The notes beneath the pieces were generated by a model. The model made no database searches. It was not told the origin of the DNA and worked only from the letters and a program-made list of their open reading frames with translations. A stretch of 40,794 bases of DNA. Source: a virus (Duplodnaviria; Caudoviricetes). Numbering within the stretch: the first letter of the stretch is position 1; each line of letters begins with the position of its first letter. Shown here one piece after another: positions 1 to 8,333 of the stretch. The stretch lies in IMG/VR virus record IMGVR_UViG_3300010048_000022, positions 1 through 40,794 of that record. One strand, written 5' to 3'. The position numbers and the translations under genes were made by a program.

Positions 1-104
1 AAAAAACTATCTGGCCCAATCTGCGCCGCAATTTGGAGCACAGCCTTAGCAGGCTGTGCTCCAAAGGCCACAATCATTGCCGTACCAAGCAGAAGTCTCC
101 TCAT
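1..104 (-). CDS. Partial (3' end outside window) secreted protein with Sec signal peptide
   Basis: Read manually: ATG at 104, SD AAGGAGG 5 nt upstream; MRRLLLGTAMIVAFGAQPAKA|VLQIAAQIGPDSF is a basic/hydrophobic/AxA signal peptide. Confidence 0.7.
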   Translation of the reverse strand, partial: MRRLLLGTAMIVAFGAQPAKAVLQIAAQIGPDSF

Positions 105-128
105 TTCATCCTCCTTTTCACCGCAAGC

Positions 129-1028
129 TCAATTCCAGTAGGGAATGTAGGCCGGTATCCCATTGATCGAAACAATAAAGCAGCCCGTATTCGCGAAGTA
201 CGGATAGCCTCCACAGAAGCTCGGCCCACTCGTACTATTCCCATACCCAATAGATCCAGAAGGCCCATTGGGCGTTGGCTGCGTCAGTATGAGCGAGCCC
301 ATCGTGGCCGCCGTGGCCCCCGTAAAAGTCACTGCCCCATTCAGCGTCGGATTATTGAGAGTCGGATTATTGAGCGTGGCCCCATTCTCCGCAACCAGCG
401 GCCCGGTCCCATCCAGCGCCTGCTGAAGCGCCGCCGCAACTCCCGCTCCCAGACCCGTCAACGTACTCACAGACGCGGCGGGGGGCGGCCCCCAGGTCGG
501 AGGCCCGCTCGCATTCCCATACAGCACCTGACTACTATTCCCGAGTGCCAGGCCGCCCAAAATCCCATTATTATTGTACTGAAGCGCCCCTGGCGCGCCT
601 CCTGGCGTCGAGCCCCCGCCCGTACAGTTGTAGCCGCCGGTCAGCTGATCCCAGATCTGGTTCCCCGCCACATCGGTCACGACCTGCCTATAGATCCCGA
701 CCCCCCAGATCAGCGCCTCGCCGCTCGCATTCAGCGTAATCACTGCCGGATTGACAATGGTCTGATACGGGTCCTGCCAGGTATCCTTGGGCGTCGTCGT
801 CCCAGGCTGAAAGAACGCCACACTCCCACCAGCGAGCGGCTTCCCATTCGTATCCAAGAACTGCGTAAAGCCGTTCGGCAGAATGACAGCGGTCGGTACC
901 TGGGTCTGCGAGTAAGCGGGGGCCGAAGCCCCCGCTAGGAAGATCGCTACCACAGCAGCAAGGGGGTACAGGCCGCTATGCCACAACCTCCCCGGGCGCA
1001 GAACGGATTGCGCCACTCTACCTATCAT
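129..1028 (-). CDS. Virion-associated protein with tailspike head-binding-like N-domain, preceded by a signal-peptide-like segment
   Basis: QFLDTNGKPLAGGSVAFFQPGTTTPKDTWQD...NPAVITLNASGEA resembles phage head-binding domains; G/T/N-rich C-terminus; start chosen from GGAG SD (alternative 1034). Confidence 0.6.
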   Translation of the reverse strand: MIGRVAQSVLRPGRLWHSGLYPLAAVVAIFLAGASAPAYSQTQVPTAVILPNGFTQFLDTNGKPLAGGSVAFFQPGTTTPKDTWQDPYQTIVNPAVITLNASGEALIWGVGIYRQVVTDVAGNQIWDQLTGGYNCTGGGSTPGGAPGALQYNNNGILGGLALGNSSQVLYGNASGPPTWGPPPAASVSTLTGLGAGVAAALQQALDGTGPLVAENGATLNNPTLNNPTLNGAVTFTGATAATMGSLILTQPTPNGPSGSIGYGNSTSGPSFCGGYPYFANTGCFIVSINGIPAYIPYWN

Positions 1029-1575
1029 CACCATTCTCCAACTTGGGAGGCGCAGGCGTATACTCAATGACTGTCCCATGCACGTCCGTAGTCACGAACT
1101 GGATGGTGACAGGGGCCGGACTCATATCACGCACTGGATACTTGGAGGCGGCCTCAATCTGGTGCGGCCGATTCGTATTAGAGTCCACGACCTCCATCAG
1201 CTCCCGATTACTGAAGCTCTCAGGCTGGTGCGTGAGCCGATCAGTCAGCTCATCCACAGCCAGCTCCCCGAGGCGGGCCTGCTTCGCCCGCACCTCCAGT
1301 AGCTCAAGCTCGTGATTATTCAAGTAGTACGATACTAGCTCGCGGAAGGCCGGATTATGATTTTTCATCTGGCCGACGTACGCGGGCGAGTATCCAGCGA
1401 TCGCCGCGACCTTGGTATTATCCAGGCCTGCCGCGACTAGCTGCGCCAGCTTATGATGCTGGACCTTAATTTCGGCCAGACTCGCACTGGACTCGCGGCC
1501 GGTGCGGGGTAGTTGGGGCCGCCCGAACGCGGGCAGCGCATCCAAGAGATCTTCTGGAATTTGGTCGTCCGTCAT
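1018..1575 (-). CDS. HTH protein, probable terminase small subunit
   Basis: HHKLAQLVAAGLDNTKVAAIAGYSPAYVGQMKNHNPAFREL is HTH-like, followed by helical region; first gene of the leftward structural operon. Confidence 0.5.
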   Translation of the reverse strand: MTDDQIPEDLLDALPAFGRPQLPRTGRESSASLAEIKVQHHKLAQLVAAGLDNTKVAAIAGYSPAYVGQMKNHNPAFRELVSYYLNNHELELLEVRAKQARLGELAVDELTDRLTHQPESFSNRELMEVVDSNTNRPHQIEAASKYPVRDMSPAPVTIQFVTTDVHGTVIEYTPAPPKLENGDDR

Positions 1576-1608
1576 ATGCAGCTCGAGACGGAGTGCGCGC
1601 TAACGGGG

Positions 1609-1637
1609 ATTATGGCCCCTTTGTTCCAGTCTGTCAA
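1609..1637 (-). promoter_or_regulatory. sigma70-type promoter for leftward (late) operon
   Basis: Minus strand TTGACA (1637-1632), 17-nt spacer, CATAAT (1614-1609), about 35 nt before start at 1575. Confidence 0.75.
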
Positions 1638-1847
1638 GTGGTCGGCGCGTGGTTGGGCGATAGGGTGGGCCGAGTCGCTGACGTTGTTAACATGTGAGAA
1701 GATCTAAGGAGTGTTACTTAGGAGATTTGCTCAACTGGGAATGTTATGTGGGCTGGATGTTTTTTGAAAAAATACGTGGGAGTGATGCGCCCTCGGAGAT
1801 AGGATCTCCATCGGGCCACCCCCCCCCTTTCTCCTGGGGAGATCCCC

Positions 1848-1877
1848 AAACAAAAAGCCCCGGCGAACCGGGGCTTT
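1848..1877 (-). terminator. Intrinsic terminator after 1921-2508 gene
   Basis: Minus strand AAAGCCCCGG-TTCG-CCGGGGCTTT then TTGTTT. Confidence 0.8.
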
Positions 1878-1920
1878 GTCACAAGTAGGATGGGGCGGGA
1901 CATTGTCCCGTCCCATACTC

Positions 1921-2508
1921 TTAGAGGAGATCGGCCGCCGACTCCTCGACCTTGGCCTTGACGGGCACCGCAGCCGCCTTGGCCGCCTTGGCCTTTTCCA
2001 TGCGCTCTTCATGGACGACCTTGGCCTTTGCCATGAGCTGGTCGCGGTACTTGTCAAGAACCAAGTCCGCCAACATCTCCCGCGTATGCGGCTCGCCCGC
2101 GAAGATGACTGACGCATTCTCTGCCGTGATGCCGTTCTTCTTATCGGGCTTCGGCCATGCGCCCTTCGGCTCAAGCGTCTCTTGCGCCTGCTTCATTGCC
2201 AGTTCAAAGGCAATGTTCTCAATCGTGGAGCCGCGCGGCCCACCGACTCGCAAGCCCACCGTGCCATCGTAGAACTTGGCAACCATCGCCTCGCGCATCC
2301 GCATGACTTCGGCGTCTACCTCATCTTCTGGCATCGTTGCGCCGCCATTGTCAACTGCGTACTTATCCTTGACGCGGATAATGGCGCTCGCGACCTCGTT
2401 ACCGAGCTTGTGTGCGATAGTCCGCCGCACGAAGCCAATAACAACCGCCGGGGGAAAACGGTCGAGATCAACCTCAAGACCGCCGCACTCGTATGTTCCT
2501 AATGACAT
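1921..2508 (-). CDS. Hypothetical protein (195 aa, Lys/Ala-rich C-terminus ending SAADLL)
   Basis: Own promoter, SD-like GGAGTAGG, terminator downstream. Confidence 0.8.
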   Translation of the reverse strand: MSLGTYECGGLEVDLDRFPPAVVIGFVRRTIAHKLGNEVASAIIRVKDKYAVDNGGATMPEDEVDAEVMRMREAMVAKFYDGTVGLRVGGPRGSTIENIAFELAMKQAQETLEPKGAWPKPDKKNGITAENASVIFAGEPHTREMLADLVLDKYRDQLMAKAKVVHEERMEKAKAAKAAAVPVKAKVEESAADLL

Positions 2509-2557
2509 CTAACCTACTCCGTTCTACGGGACTGGATCATTCCGTCCCAACAATGCC

Positions 2558-2586
2558 AACATAATCGAACTCCGAACCGATTGCAA
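2558..2586 (-). promoter_or_regulatory. sigma70-type promoter
   Basis: Minus strand TTGCAA (2586-2581), 17 nt, TATGTT (2563-2558). Confidence 0.55.
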
Positions 2587-2601
2587 CAAAAAAATGCGCC
2601 C

Positions 2602-2649
2602 AGTCTCATATAAAAATTAGGCGCGACTGGCAAGTCTCATCTAAAAATT
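2602..2649 (+). repeat. 17-bp direct repeat, two copies (operator/iteron-like)
   Basis: AGTCTCATATAAAAATT (2602-2618) and AGTCTCATCTAAAAATT (2633-2649), 31-bp period. Confidence 0.75.
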
Positions 2650-2653
2650 GCGT

Positions 2654-2674
2654 GTTGGGACGCCCAACGGTGGG
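2654..2674 (+). repeat. Dispersed 21-bp motif copy 1
   Basis: GTTGGGACGCCCAACGGTGGG. Confidence 0.85.
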
Positions 2675-2708
2675 TCTGCTTCGGAAAATCCCAAAGACTG
2701 GCAACGCA

Positions 2709-2881
2709 TGCGTAGGGTATACACACCATCGCATGCGCCCACGTCCCAACGAGTATGTTTTTCTATTTTTTATTTTTTTTTTTTACATAATTATCCTGTC
2801 CTACGGGTACTCCGAAACTTTTCCCATGTAGGTGGGCGCATCCTAGGGGTTGTACACCCTACGCACGCACCCTACGCATGC
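2709..2881. repeat. 34-bp imperfect inverted repeats flanking poly-T/AT-rich core (origin-like)
   Basis: Arms 2709-2742 and 2832-2865; T-tract about 2758-2784; extra partial copy 2868-2881. Confidence 0.7.
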
Positions 2882-2968
2882 ACCCCAAATACCTTAATTC
2901 CGCCACAATCCCGCCCCACTTCCGCCCAGATCCTATGTTATGGTGTAATGTTCTGGAGATATGCCCAA

Positions 2969-3172
2969 ATGCCACACGGCACACTCACCATAGTATGCGA
3001 GCGATGCTCGCATCGCGCAACCGGCGAGCGCATTAATCCCGGCAATATAACCCTACCACACTGGTCTACTATCCTAGTATACAAACTCGGTACGCGCCGT
3101 CCATATCGCACTCTCTTGTGCCCATCATGTAGCGAGGGCCTCCTCGCATTCCTTCGGAGTCAGCCCCAATGA
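2969..3172 (+). CDS. Small zinc-finger protein (67 aa)
   Basis: CERC...CPSC; GGAG SD upstream; ATGA overlap with next gene. Confidence 0.6.
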   Translation: MPHGTLTIVCERCSHRATGERINPGNITLPHWSTILVYKLGTRRPYRTLLCPSCSEGLLAFLRSQPQ

Positions 3173-3642
3173 TAGGCGACCTCACCGCCCCATCCGACGC
3201 AGTGATTATCACGGATAGTCCTAACGGCCTATCCGTGATAATCAACAATACTCCAATCCCATTGCGCGCCTCGCACGCGGAGCGCACAATCCACGACATC
3301 CTCCTATTCAAGCGCGCCTCCATCCCACCACCTCGCATCGCCTCGCACCTCGAGGAGCACCAATCCACGCCCGACCCCAAATGTGGCTGTTGCATCCTAT
3401 CCGGCCGCGTAATGAGCGCCCAGGGCCGACGCCTCACAACCGACGCAGACCGTGCAATCGCAGCGCGCAAGCGCGAGTCGGGCACCGTCCAAGTCCGCCG
3501 TTTCCGCACCGGCCTCTCGGGCTCCCAACTTTCCGCCATGCTCAAGCGCGGCGCAACCCCCTCCGAGATCAATCGGGCCGCAACACGCGAGCAGCCAAAA
3601 CCGACCGCTTCATTCGTCTGCACTGCGGACAGTCTAATCTAA
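3169..3642 (+). CDS. Hypothetical protein with Cys/His cluster
   Basis: HxxxH...CGCC; coupled to upstream gene; ends TADSLI. Confidence 0.65.
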   Translation: MIGDLTAPSDAVIITDSPNGLSVIINNTPIPLRASHAERTIHDILLFKRASIPPPRIASHLEEHQSTPDPKCGCCILSGRVMSAQGRRLTTDADRAIAARKRESGTVQVRRFRTGLSGSQLSAMLKRGATPSEINRAATREQPKPTASFVCTADSLI

Positions 3643-3655
3643 GGAGCCAAACCAA

Positions 3656-3844
3656 ATGCGCAAAACCATCACAATAACCCTCGAGGGCGAACTCCGCGAC
3701 TTCATAGTTCATCTTGCCGGGCGCAACGGGCGCACCGAGGCCGAGACAATCCGCCTAATCATAGACCGCGCCTACCGCAACAACCTCGCGGCCCTCCACG
3801 CGACCGAGCAACTCAACAAAGAAAAAGCCAAAGCCGCCAGTTAA
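3656..3844 (+). CDS. Ribbon-helix-helix (CopG/Arc-like) DNA-binding protein
   Basis: MRKTITITLEGELRDFIVHLAGRNGRTEAETIRLII fits RHH pattern; AAGGAG SD. Confidence 0.65.
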   Translation: MRKTITITLEGELRDFIVHLAGRNGRTEAETIRLIIDRAYRNNLAALHATEQLNKEKAKAAS

Positions 3845-3923
3845 TTGAACCGAGGGCACTTAAAAAGCGCCCTCCATTGAATTAATCAGCACAGCCGTGC
3901 AAAACACTAGAAAGAGCCTTGTC

Positions 3924-5093
3924 ATGCCCGCAAAACTATGTATGCGCTGCGCCGGAAGCGGCAAGAAATTCGGAGGCACCTGCTTCCGTTGCAACGGCTC
4001 CGGCACCGAGCCATCCACCGCAACTAGCAAACGCACCGCAGCCGACATGCTAGGTCTAATCGACGCCGAGTCTGTCGACCTGCCCGAGTCAGGCGGCGCA
4101 TCCACCGACCAAATCGCGGACATGCTCGCCCAAATAACACACAACATCTCCAACAAGGTCAAATCCGAGATAGCCAATTCCGAGGCGAACCTCAAAGCCT
4201 TACACCGCCTCGACCACAAAGAGCTATCCGAGCGCATGAGCGCCCTAACCGCAACCCTTACTGCTCGCGTGGATGACGCCCTCACAGCCATCAACTCCAC
4301 GCGCCAAATCTCAATCAAACTCGTCCCACCATTGGGTATCCCAACCACCCTACCCATCGCACATCGCCACCCGAAGTTCGAGACGCTCCTGCGCATCGCA
4401 TGCAGTCGACAACCCGACGGCTTCCACCCAAACATCTGGATCGCCGGTCCCGCCGGATCAGGCAAAACCACGGGCGGCCGCCAGCTCGCGGAGGCCCTCA
4501 GCCTCCCCTTCTACTTCAACGGCGCGGTCAACATGGAGCACAAGCTCATCGGCTACGAGGACGCCAACGGCCGCTACCACACCACGCCCTTTCGCGAAGG
4601 CTTCACCTCGCCCGCAATCTACCAGTTCGACGACGTCGACTCCTCAGACAACGCTGCCCTCATTCCCCTAAATGCAGCCACCGCGAACGGCCTATGCGAC
4701 TTCCCCGACCTCCCAACACCCCTACCACGCCACCCCGACAGCATCATCATCGCCACAGCCAACACATGGGGCCTCGGCGCAACATCCGACTACGTAGGCC
4801 GCGTGAAACTCGACGCAGCCTTCCTATCCCGCTTCCCCGCAAAGCTCTTCTGGGATTACGACGAGCCCTTCGAAATCGCAATCTCCGGCAATCCCGCATG
4901 GGCCAAGCGAGTCCAACGCGCCCGTGCCAAAGCCCGCGCTCTCGGCCTAAAAGTAATCATGGACCCACGCCTCACATACGCGGGCGCTGGAATGCTCGCG
5001 AGTGGAAACTTCCCCAACGAGAACGAAGTGGCCGAGCTAACCTACCTCGCCAACCTCAACCCCGACCAGAGGAGGCAAGTGGAATTGGCCTAA
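3924..5093 (+). CDS. MoxR/CbbQ/CobS-like AAA+ ATPase with N-terminal CxxCxGxG zinc finger
   Basis: Walker A GPAGSGKT, Walker B-like QFDDVD, ATANTWG, YVGRVKLDAAFLSRF; N-terminal CMRCAGSG..CFRCNGSG. Confidence 0.85.
   Translation: MPAKLCMRCAGSGKKFGGTCFRCNGSGTEPSTATSKRTAADMLGLIDAESVDLPESGGASTDQIADMLAQITHNISNKVKSEIANSEANLKALHRLDHKELSERMSALTATLTARVDDALTAINSTRQISIKLVPPLGIPTTLPIAHRHPKFETLLRIACSRQPDGFHPNIWIAGPAGSGKTTGGRQLAEALSLPFYFNGAVNMEHKLIGYEDANGRYHTTPFREGFTSPAIYQFDDVDSSDNAALIPLNAATANGLCDFPDLPTPLPRHPDSIIIATANTWGLGATSDYVGRVKLDAAFLSRFPAKLFWDYDEPFEIAISGNPAWAKRVQRARAKARALGLKVIMDPRLTYAGAGMLASGNFPNENEVAELTYLANLNPDQRRQVELA
4325..4345 (-). repeat. Dispersed 21-bp motif copy 2 (in AAA gene linker)
   Basis: Reverse complement GTTGGGATACCCAATGGTGGG. 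Confidence 0.85.
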
Positions 5094-5127
5094 CGGCCAA
5101 TCCCCTTGCCTCCTGAAAGTACCTCCC

Positions 5128-6006
5128 ATGCGCCGCTTCACCGAGCCCGCGACCCCATTTCCAGGCCGCCTCAACCACTTCATAATAGCCGACTCCCTGG
5201 GCGAAATCGGAGATTTCGCCCGCACGTCAAATCTCAGACCAAACACATCCAGCCCTAATTGGGACTTCGGCCTCGGCCTCGAGAAGGCCATACAATTCTG
5301 CTTCACAGGTGACACCTCACAAGTCTCCAAATCGGACGAAATGCTTGAGCGCCTCGAGGCACACATCGAAATGCCCTCGACCCGAACACAGTGGATCGAC
5401 GATGTGGCCGGATACTTCCCAAACATTCCGGCCCACCTCGCAGGAGTGCCCGCCTCCATGCGGAGGCGGTCACGACAAGAAAGCATCTCAGCGCCCCTTG
5501 CCATCATCGTCGACCTCTCAATCTCCGCAGGCATCACCGCCGCGCAGGCCCAACGCCGAGGCATCACAATCCTCGCCCTCGCACGCGCACTCTCTGCCCG
5601 ACGCCCAATCGAACTCTGGGTGGGCGACATGGGCGCAGCCGACGAGAGAGCCGCCTTTGGCGGCTCTCGAAGCACGAACTGCGTCTCCATCTTCACGCGC
5701 ATCGAGACCACACCCCTCGACCTCGCTTCATCCTGCTATGCCCTCACCCACCCCGCCTTCCTCCGTCAAGTCCTCTTCCAACTCGAAGAGAAATACCACA
5801 ACTTCATGGGCGGCTGGCCTTTCCGACTCGGCCGCGCCCTCAAGCGCACCGAAATGGAGTCCCTTCTCGCGCCCGCCTTCCCTCAAGTAACCTCGACCCT
5901 TTGCATTCCCGGCCTCCATATCGCAGACGACACCGTCAACAACCCCGAGGCCTGGCTCATCCGCGAAATAAAACTCCACGATCCCCTAGCCCTACAGGAC
6001 GCCTAG
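5128..6006 (+). CDS. vWA/CobT-like partner of the AAA+ ATPase
   Basis: DDVAGYFPNIPAHLAGVPASM followed by MIDAS-like IIVDLSISAG; adjacent to MoxR-like ATPase. Confidence 0.65.
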   Translation: MRRFTEPATPFPGRLNHFIIADSLGEIGDFARTSNLRPNTSSPNWDFGLGLEKAIQFCFTGDTSQVSKSDEMLERLEAHIEMPSTRTQWIDDVAGYFPNIPAHLAGVPASMRRRSRQESISAPLAIIVDLSISAGITAAQAQRRGITILALARALSARRPIELWVGDMGAADERAAFGGSRSTNCVSIFTRIETTPLDLASSCYALTHPAFLRQVLFQLEEKYHNFMGGWPFRLGRALKRTEMESLLAPAFPQVTSTLCIPGLHIADDTVNNPEAWLIREIKLHDPLALQDA

Positions 6007-6007
6007 A

Positions 6008-6235
6008 ATGTTTACTTATAAAAACCTATCCCGCGTAGGAACAATCTGCATATGGAAAGCCCTATTGTTCTGGGTTCCTATAATAATAATGGCCGCAGCT
6101 AACGATATCGCAAATCATATAATACCAGGAGATAAAATATTCTCAGTGATGCTGATGTTCCCAGTGGGTGTACTGTCTTGGTGTATTTTGTTCCAAACAG
6201 TCCACCTCTACTACAAAGTAAACGAGGACGCTTAA
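6008..6235 (+). CDS. Small two-TM membrane protein, AT-rich
   Basis: Two hydrophobic stretches; visibly lower GC than neighbours. Confidence 0.55.
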   Translation: MFTYKNLSRVGTICIWKALLFWVPIIIMAAANDIANHIIPGDKIFSVMLMFPVGVLSWCILFQTVHLYYKVNEDA

Positions 6236-6237
6236 TC

Positions 6238-6459
6238 ATGACCCTCCAACACCCCACCCTCGCCGAACAGTGTCTCACGATGAAGCGCGAGTCAACAAAA
6301 ACAGTCTCCGTAGTGAAGATCGCCCGCAAGCTCGGCGCAGAGGTCACCCACAAATGGGACGCGAGAGGCCTTACAATCACATATATATTCGACGACGACT
6401 CCAGTCTCACAGTCCGCGGCCGCGGCAAGTACCACCACATGGAGGCCCACCTCCCATAG
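6238..6459 (+). CDS. Hypothetical protein
   Basis: ATG 6238 with GAGGA SD; fills the gap between genes. Confidence 0.6.
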   Translation: MTLQHPTLAEQCLTMKRESTKTVSVVKIARKLGAEVTHKWDARGLTITYIFDDDSSLTVRGRGKYHHMEAHLP

Positions 6460-6518
6460 GAGCCTTCGGCTCCTTCGGAGCCTCAGTCTCCAAAATAACA
6501 AGGAAAGGAAACTACCAC

Positions 6519-6725
6519 ATGTCAGCTCTCACCAAAACTCAGCAGCGCCGTATATGGAAGGCGCGAGACAAACTCCTCGAAGCGAAAGAGATCTTCACCA
6601 ACACTATCGAAGAGCTGCGCAACGAGTCCGACGACTCCTCACTCACCCTTGACCAGATCAGAGAGTTCACCAGTGCCATCAATCACATCGACGAGGCCTG
6701 GGATCTCGCCAACTTCTTCGCCTAG
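6519..6725 (+). CDS. Small helical hypothetical protein
   Basis: AAGGA SD; MSALTKTQQRRIWKARDKLLE. Confidence 0.7.
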   Translation: MSALTKTQQRRIWKARDKLLEAKEIFTNTIEELRNESDDSSLTLDQIREFTSAINHIDEAWDLANFFA

Positions 6726-6779
6726 GAGGCCCCTCAAATCCATCTGCATCCATACCAACATCGAGGGCGAGAGCAGACC

Positions 6780-7250
6780 ATGAAATCTCCAGTCGAGATC
6801 CACCACATCTACACATACGTAGACGAGCACACGGGCGAGAACACGCACATAGACTCCACCGCCCTCCGCGCCTACACCCTAAAGCGCATCGCAGAAGGCT
6901 CCCTCGAGATCTTATGGTTCCCAACCGACCGCGCCCTCGCACGCAAAATGCTTCAAGTGGACAAGGCCATCTCTCTCAAGCGCTGCCACGAAATCATCAC
7001 AGCAGGAAAGCGTTTCGATCCAATAATCTTCTGCACAGACGGCACCTTCTCTCCCTCCAACGGAGGTCCGAACGGCATGCTAGTAGACGGCCACCACCGC
7101 TTCTTTATAGCCACCACCATCATCGGAGCCGACGGCCTCGAGGGTGTCATGCTCCCGCCCCCCGAGTGGCAGCCCTTCATCATGCACAACCTCCCCGACC
7201 TAACTGCGCAGCAACTAATCGACACGCCCATCCTCCGGCGCGACTACTAA
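6780..7250 (+). CDS. ParB/sulfiredoxin-like N-terminal domain protein
   Basis: DPIIF...MLVDGHHRF motif. Confidence 0.6.
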   Translation: MKSPVEIHHIYTYVDEHTGENTHIDSTALRAYTLKRIAEGSLEILWFPTDRALARKMLQVDKAISLKRCHEIITAGKRFDPIIFCTDGTFSPSNGGPNGMLVDGHHRFFIATTIIGADGLEGVMLPPPEWQPFIMHNLPDLTAQQLIDTPILRRDY

Positions 7251-7253
7251 TCC

Positions 7254-7490
7254 ATGTCCCACTCCCAGTCAGGATCACCCAAAGTGGTACCCCTCTTCTT
7301 CATCCTCAACGGCGCAGTCCTCGCCCTCATGGCAATCTTCCTCACCTCCTCCATCATCTTCTCCACCGCAGACGCACTCACGCGCCAGCGTCCCAAGCGC
7401 CGCTACCCACCAGGCTTTCTCACAATGATCGGGATCATAGCCGCCCTATACATCCTCATCCACCTCTACGTCCTCTCAGGAGCCCTCTAA
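7254..7490 (+). CDS. Small two-TM membrane protein
   Basis: Two hydrophobic helices separated by a basic loop RQRPKRRY. Confidence 0.6.
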   Translation: MSHSQSGSPKVVPLFFILNGAVLALMAIFLTSSIIFSTADALTRQRPKRRYPPGFLTMIGIIAALYILIHLYVLSGAL

Positions 7491-7726
7491 TGGCAATCAC
7501 ATACACCTTCTCATCCCTCCACGAGATCGCTGACTACTTTGAAGGGCGCGCAACCGAACTCCGCACCATGTCCCAGCGCACCACTCGCAAGTCTGAAGCC
7601 CGTGAGTACATTATCCGTGCTCTCGAGTTGGAGCACATCGCGAACGTCCTCCGCGCCACAATCCTCCGCGGCTACAACGATGAGGCTGCGCCCAAGAGCG
7701 CAGCCTCAGAAAGTGATCTCACATGA
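7490..7726 (+). CDS. Hypothetical protein
   Basis: TAATG overlap, AGGAG SD. Confidence 0.65.
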   Translation: MAITYTFSSLHEIADYFEGRATELRTMSQRTTRKSEAREYIIRALELEHIANVLRATILRGYNDEAAPKSAASESDLT

Positions 7727-8037
7727 GAGCCCTCACCATCCTTCTCCTCAGTACGAGCCTTGCTCACGCTGAGGATTGCAAATCCCTCACAGCTTCCATC
7801 AACGACGATCTTACAATCGTCGCCCACGGCGCACCACCTCCAGCCCTCAAGGCCGCGAACGGCCGCCTCTTGAGCAACATGGACAAGGCCCTCAGCATCC
7901 ACTGCGACGGCCCCGAGTGGCAGGCCTTCTATGCCCGCCGCCCCCTCATCCAGCAGTTTCAAAACTTCCTTCTAGGAGACTCCATCAGGGGCCTAACGGC
8001 CCCTGAGACTTCCAAAACTGAAAAGGACAGTATATGA
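7723..8037 (+). CDS. Small secreted protein
   Basis: MRALTILLLSTSLAHA|ED signal peptide; two Cys. Confidence 0.6.
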   Translation: MRALTILLLSTSLAHAEDCKSLTASINDDLTIVAHGAPPPALKAANGRLLSNMDKALSIHCDGPEWQAFYARRPLIQQFQNFLLGDSIRGLTAPETSKTEKDSI

Positions 8038-8333
8038 CCATCCAAGATCAGCACGCCCAGCTCCTCTCCGAACTAGAGCGCCTCACCCATCAGAACGAGG
8101 CCCTCACCAAGAATTGCCGCACCCTCGTCGAGCACAACCTGCGACACATTAAGGCCAAGCGCGACCTTCTCGCAATCATAGTCCGCTTCAAGCAGGTCCT
8201 CGATGACGTGCAGCCCTATCTCGATGGCCAGCCCGGCGTCAAAGCCGCCGCCATCAATGTCATCAACTGGAGCAGCGCCATTCTCACGAGCCTCGGCCAA
8301 GAGGACGAGACTCAGAAGGGAGACCTCCAATGA
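8034..8333 (+). CDS. Coiled-coil hypothetical protein
   Basis: ATGA overlaps at both ends; heptad pattern. Confidence 0.65.
   Translation: MTIQDQHAQLLSELERLTHQNEALTKNCRTLVEHNLRHIKAKRDLLAIIVRFKQVLDDVQPYLDGQPGVKAAAINVINWSSAILTSLGQEDETQKGDLQ

Noticed and set aside
261-281. Seventh copy of the 21-bp motif
   Set aside because: Only CCATTGGGC matches; the flanks do not.
33-938. 301-aa plus-strand ORF and similar long Arg/Pro-rich ORFs (4400, 9493, 29220, 31724)
   Set aside because: Shadow or alternate frames of real genes in GC-rich DNA, with no SD or motifs.
2648-2968. N-terminal extension of ORF 2648-3172
   Set aside because: Runs through the poly-T and inverted-repeat control region; ATG 2969 has an SD.
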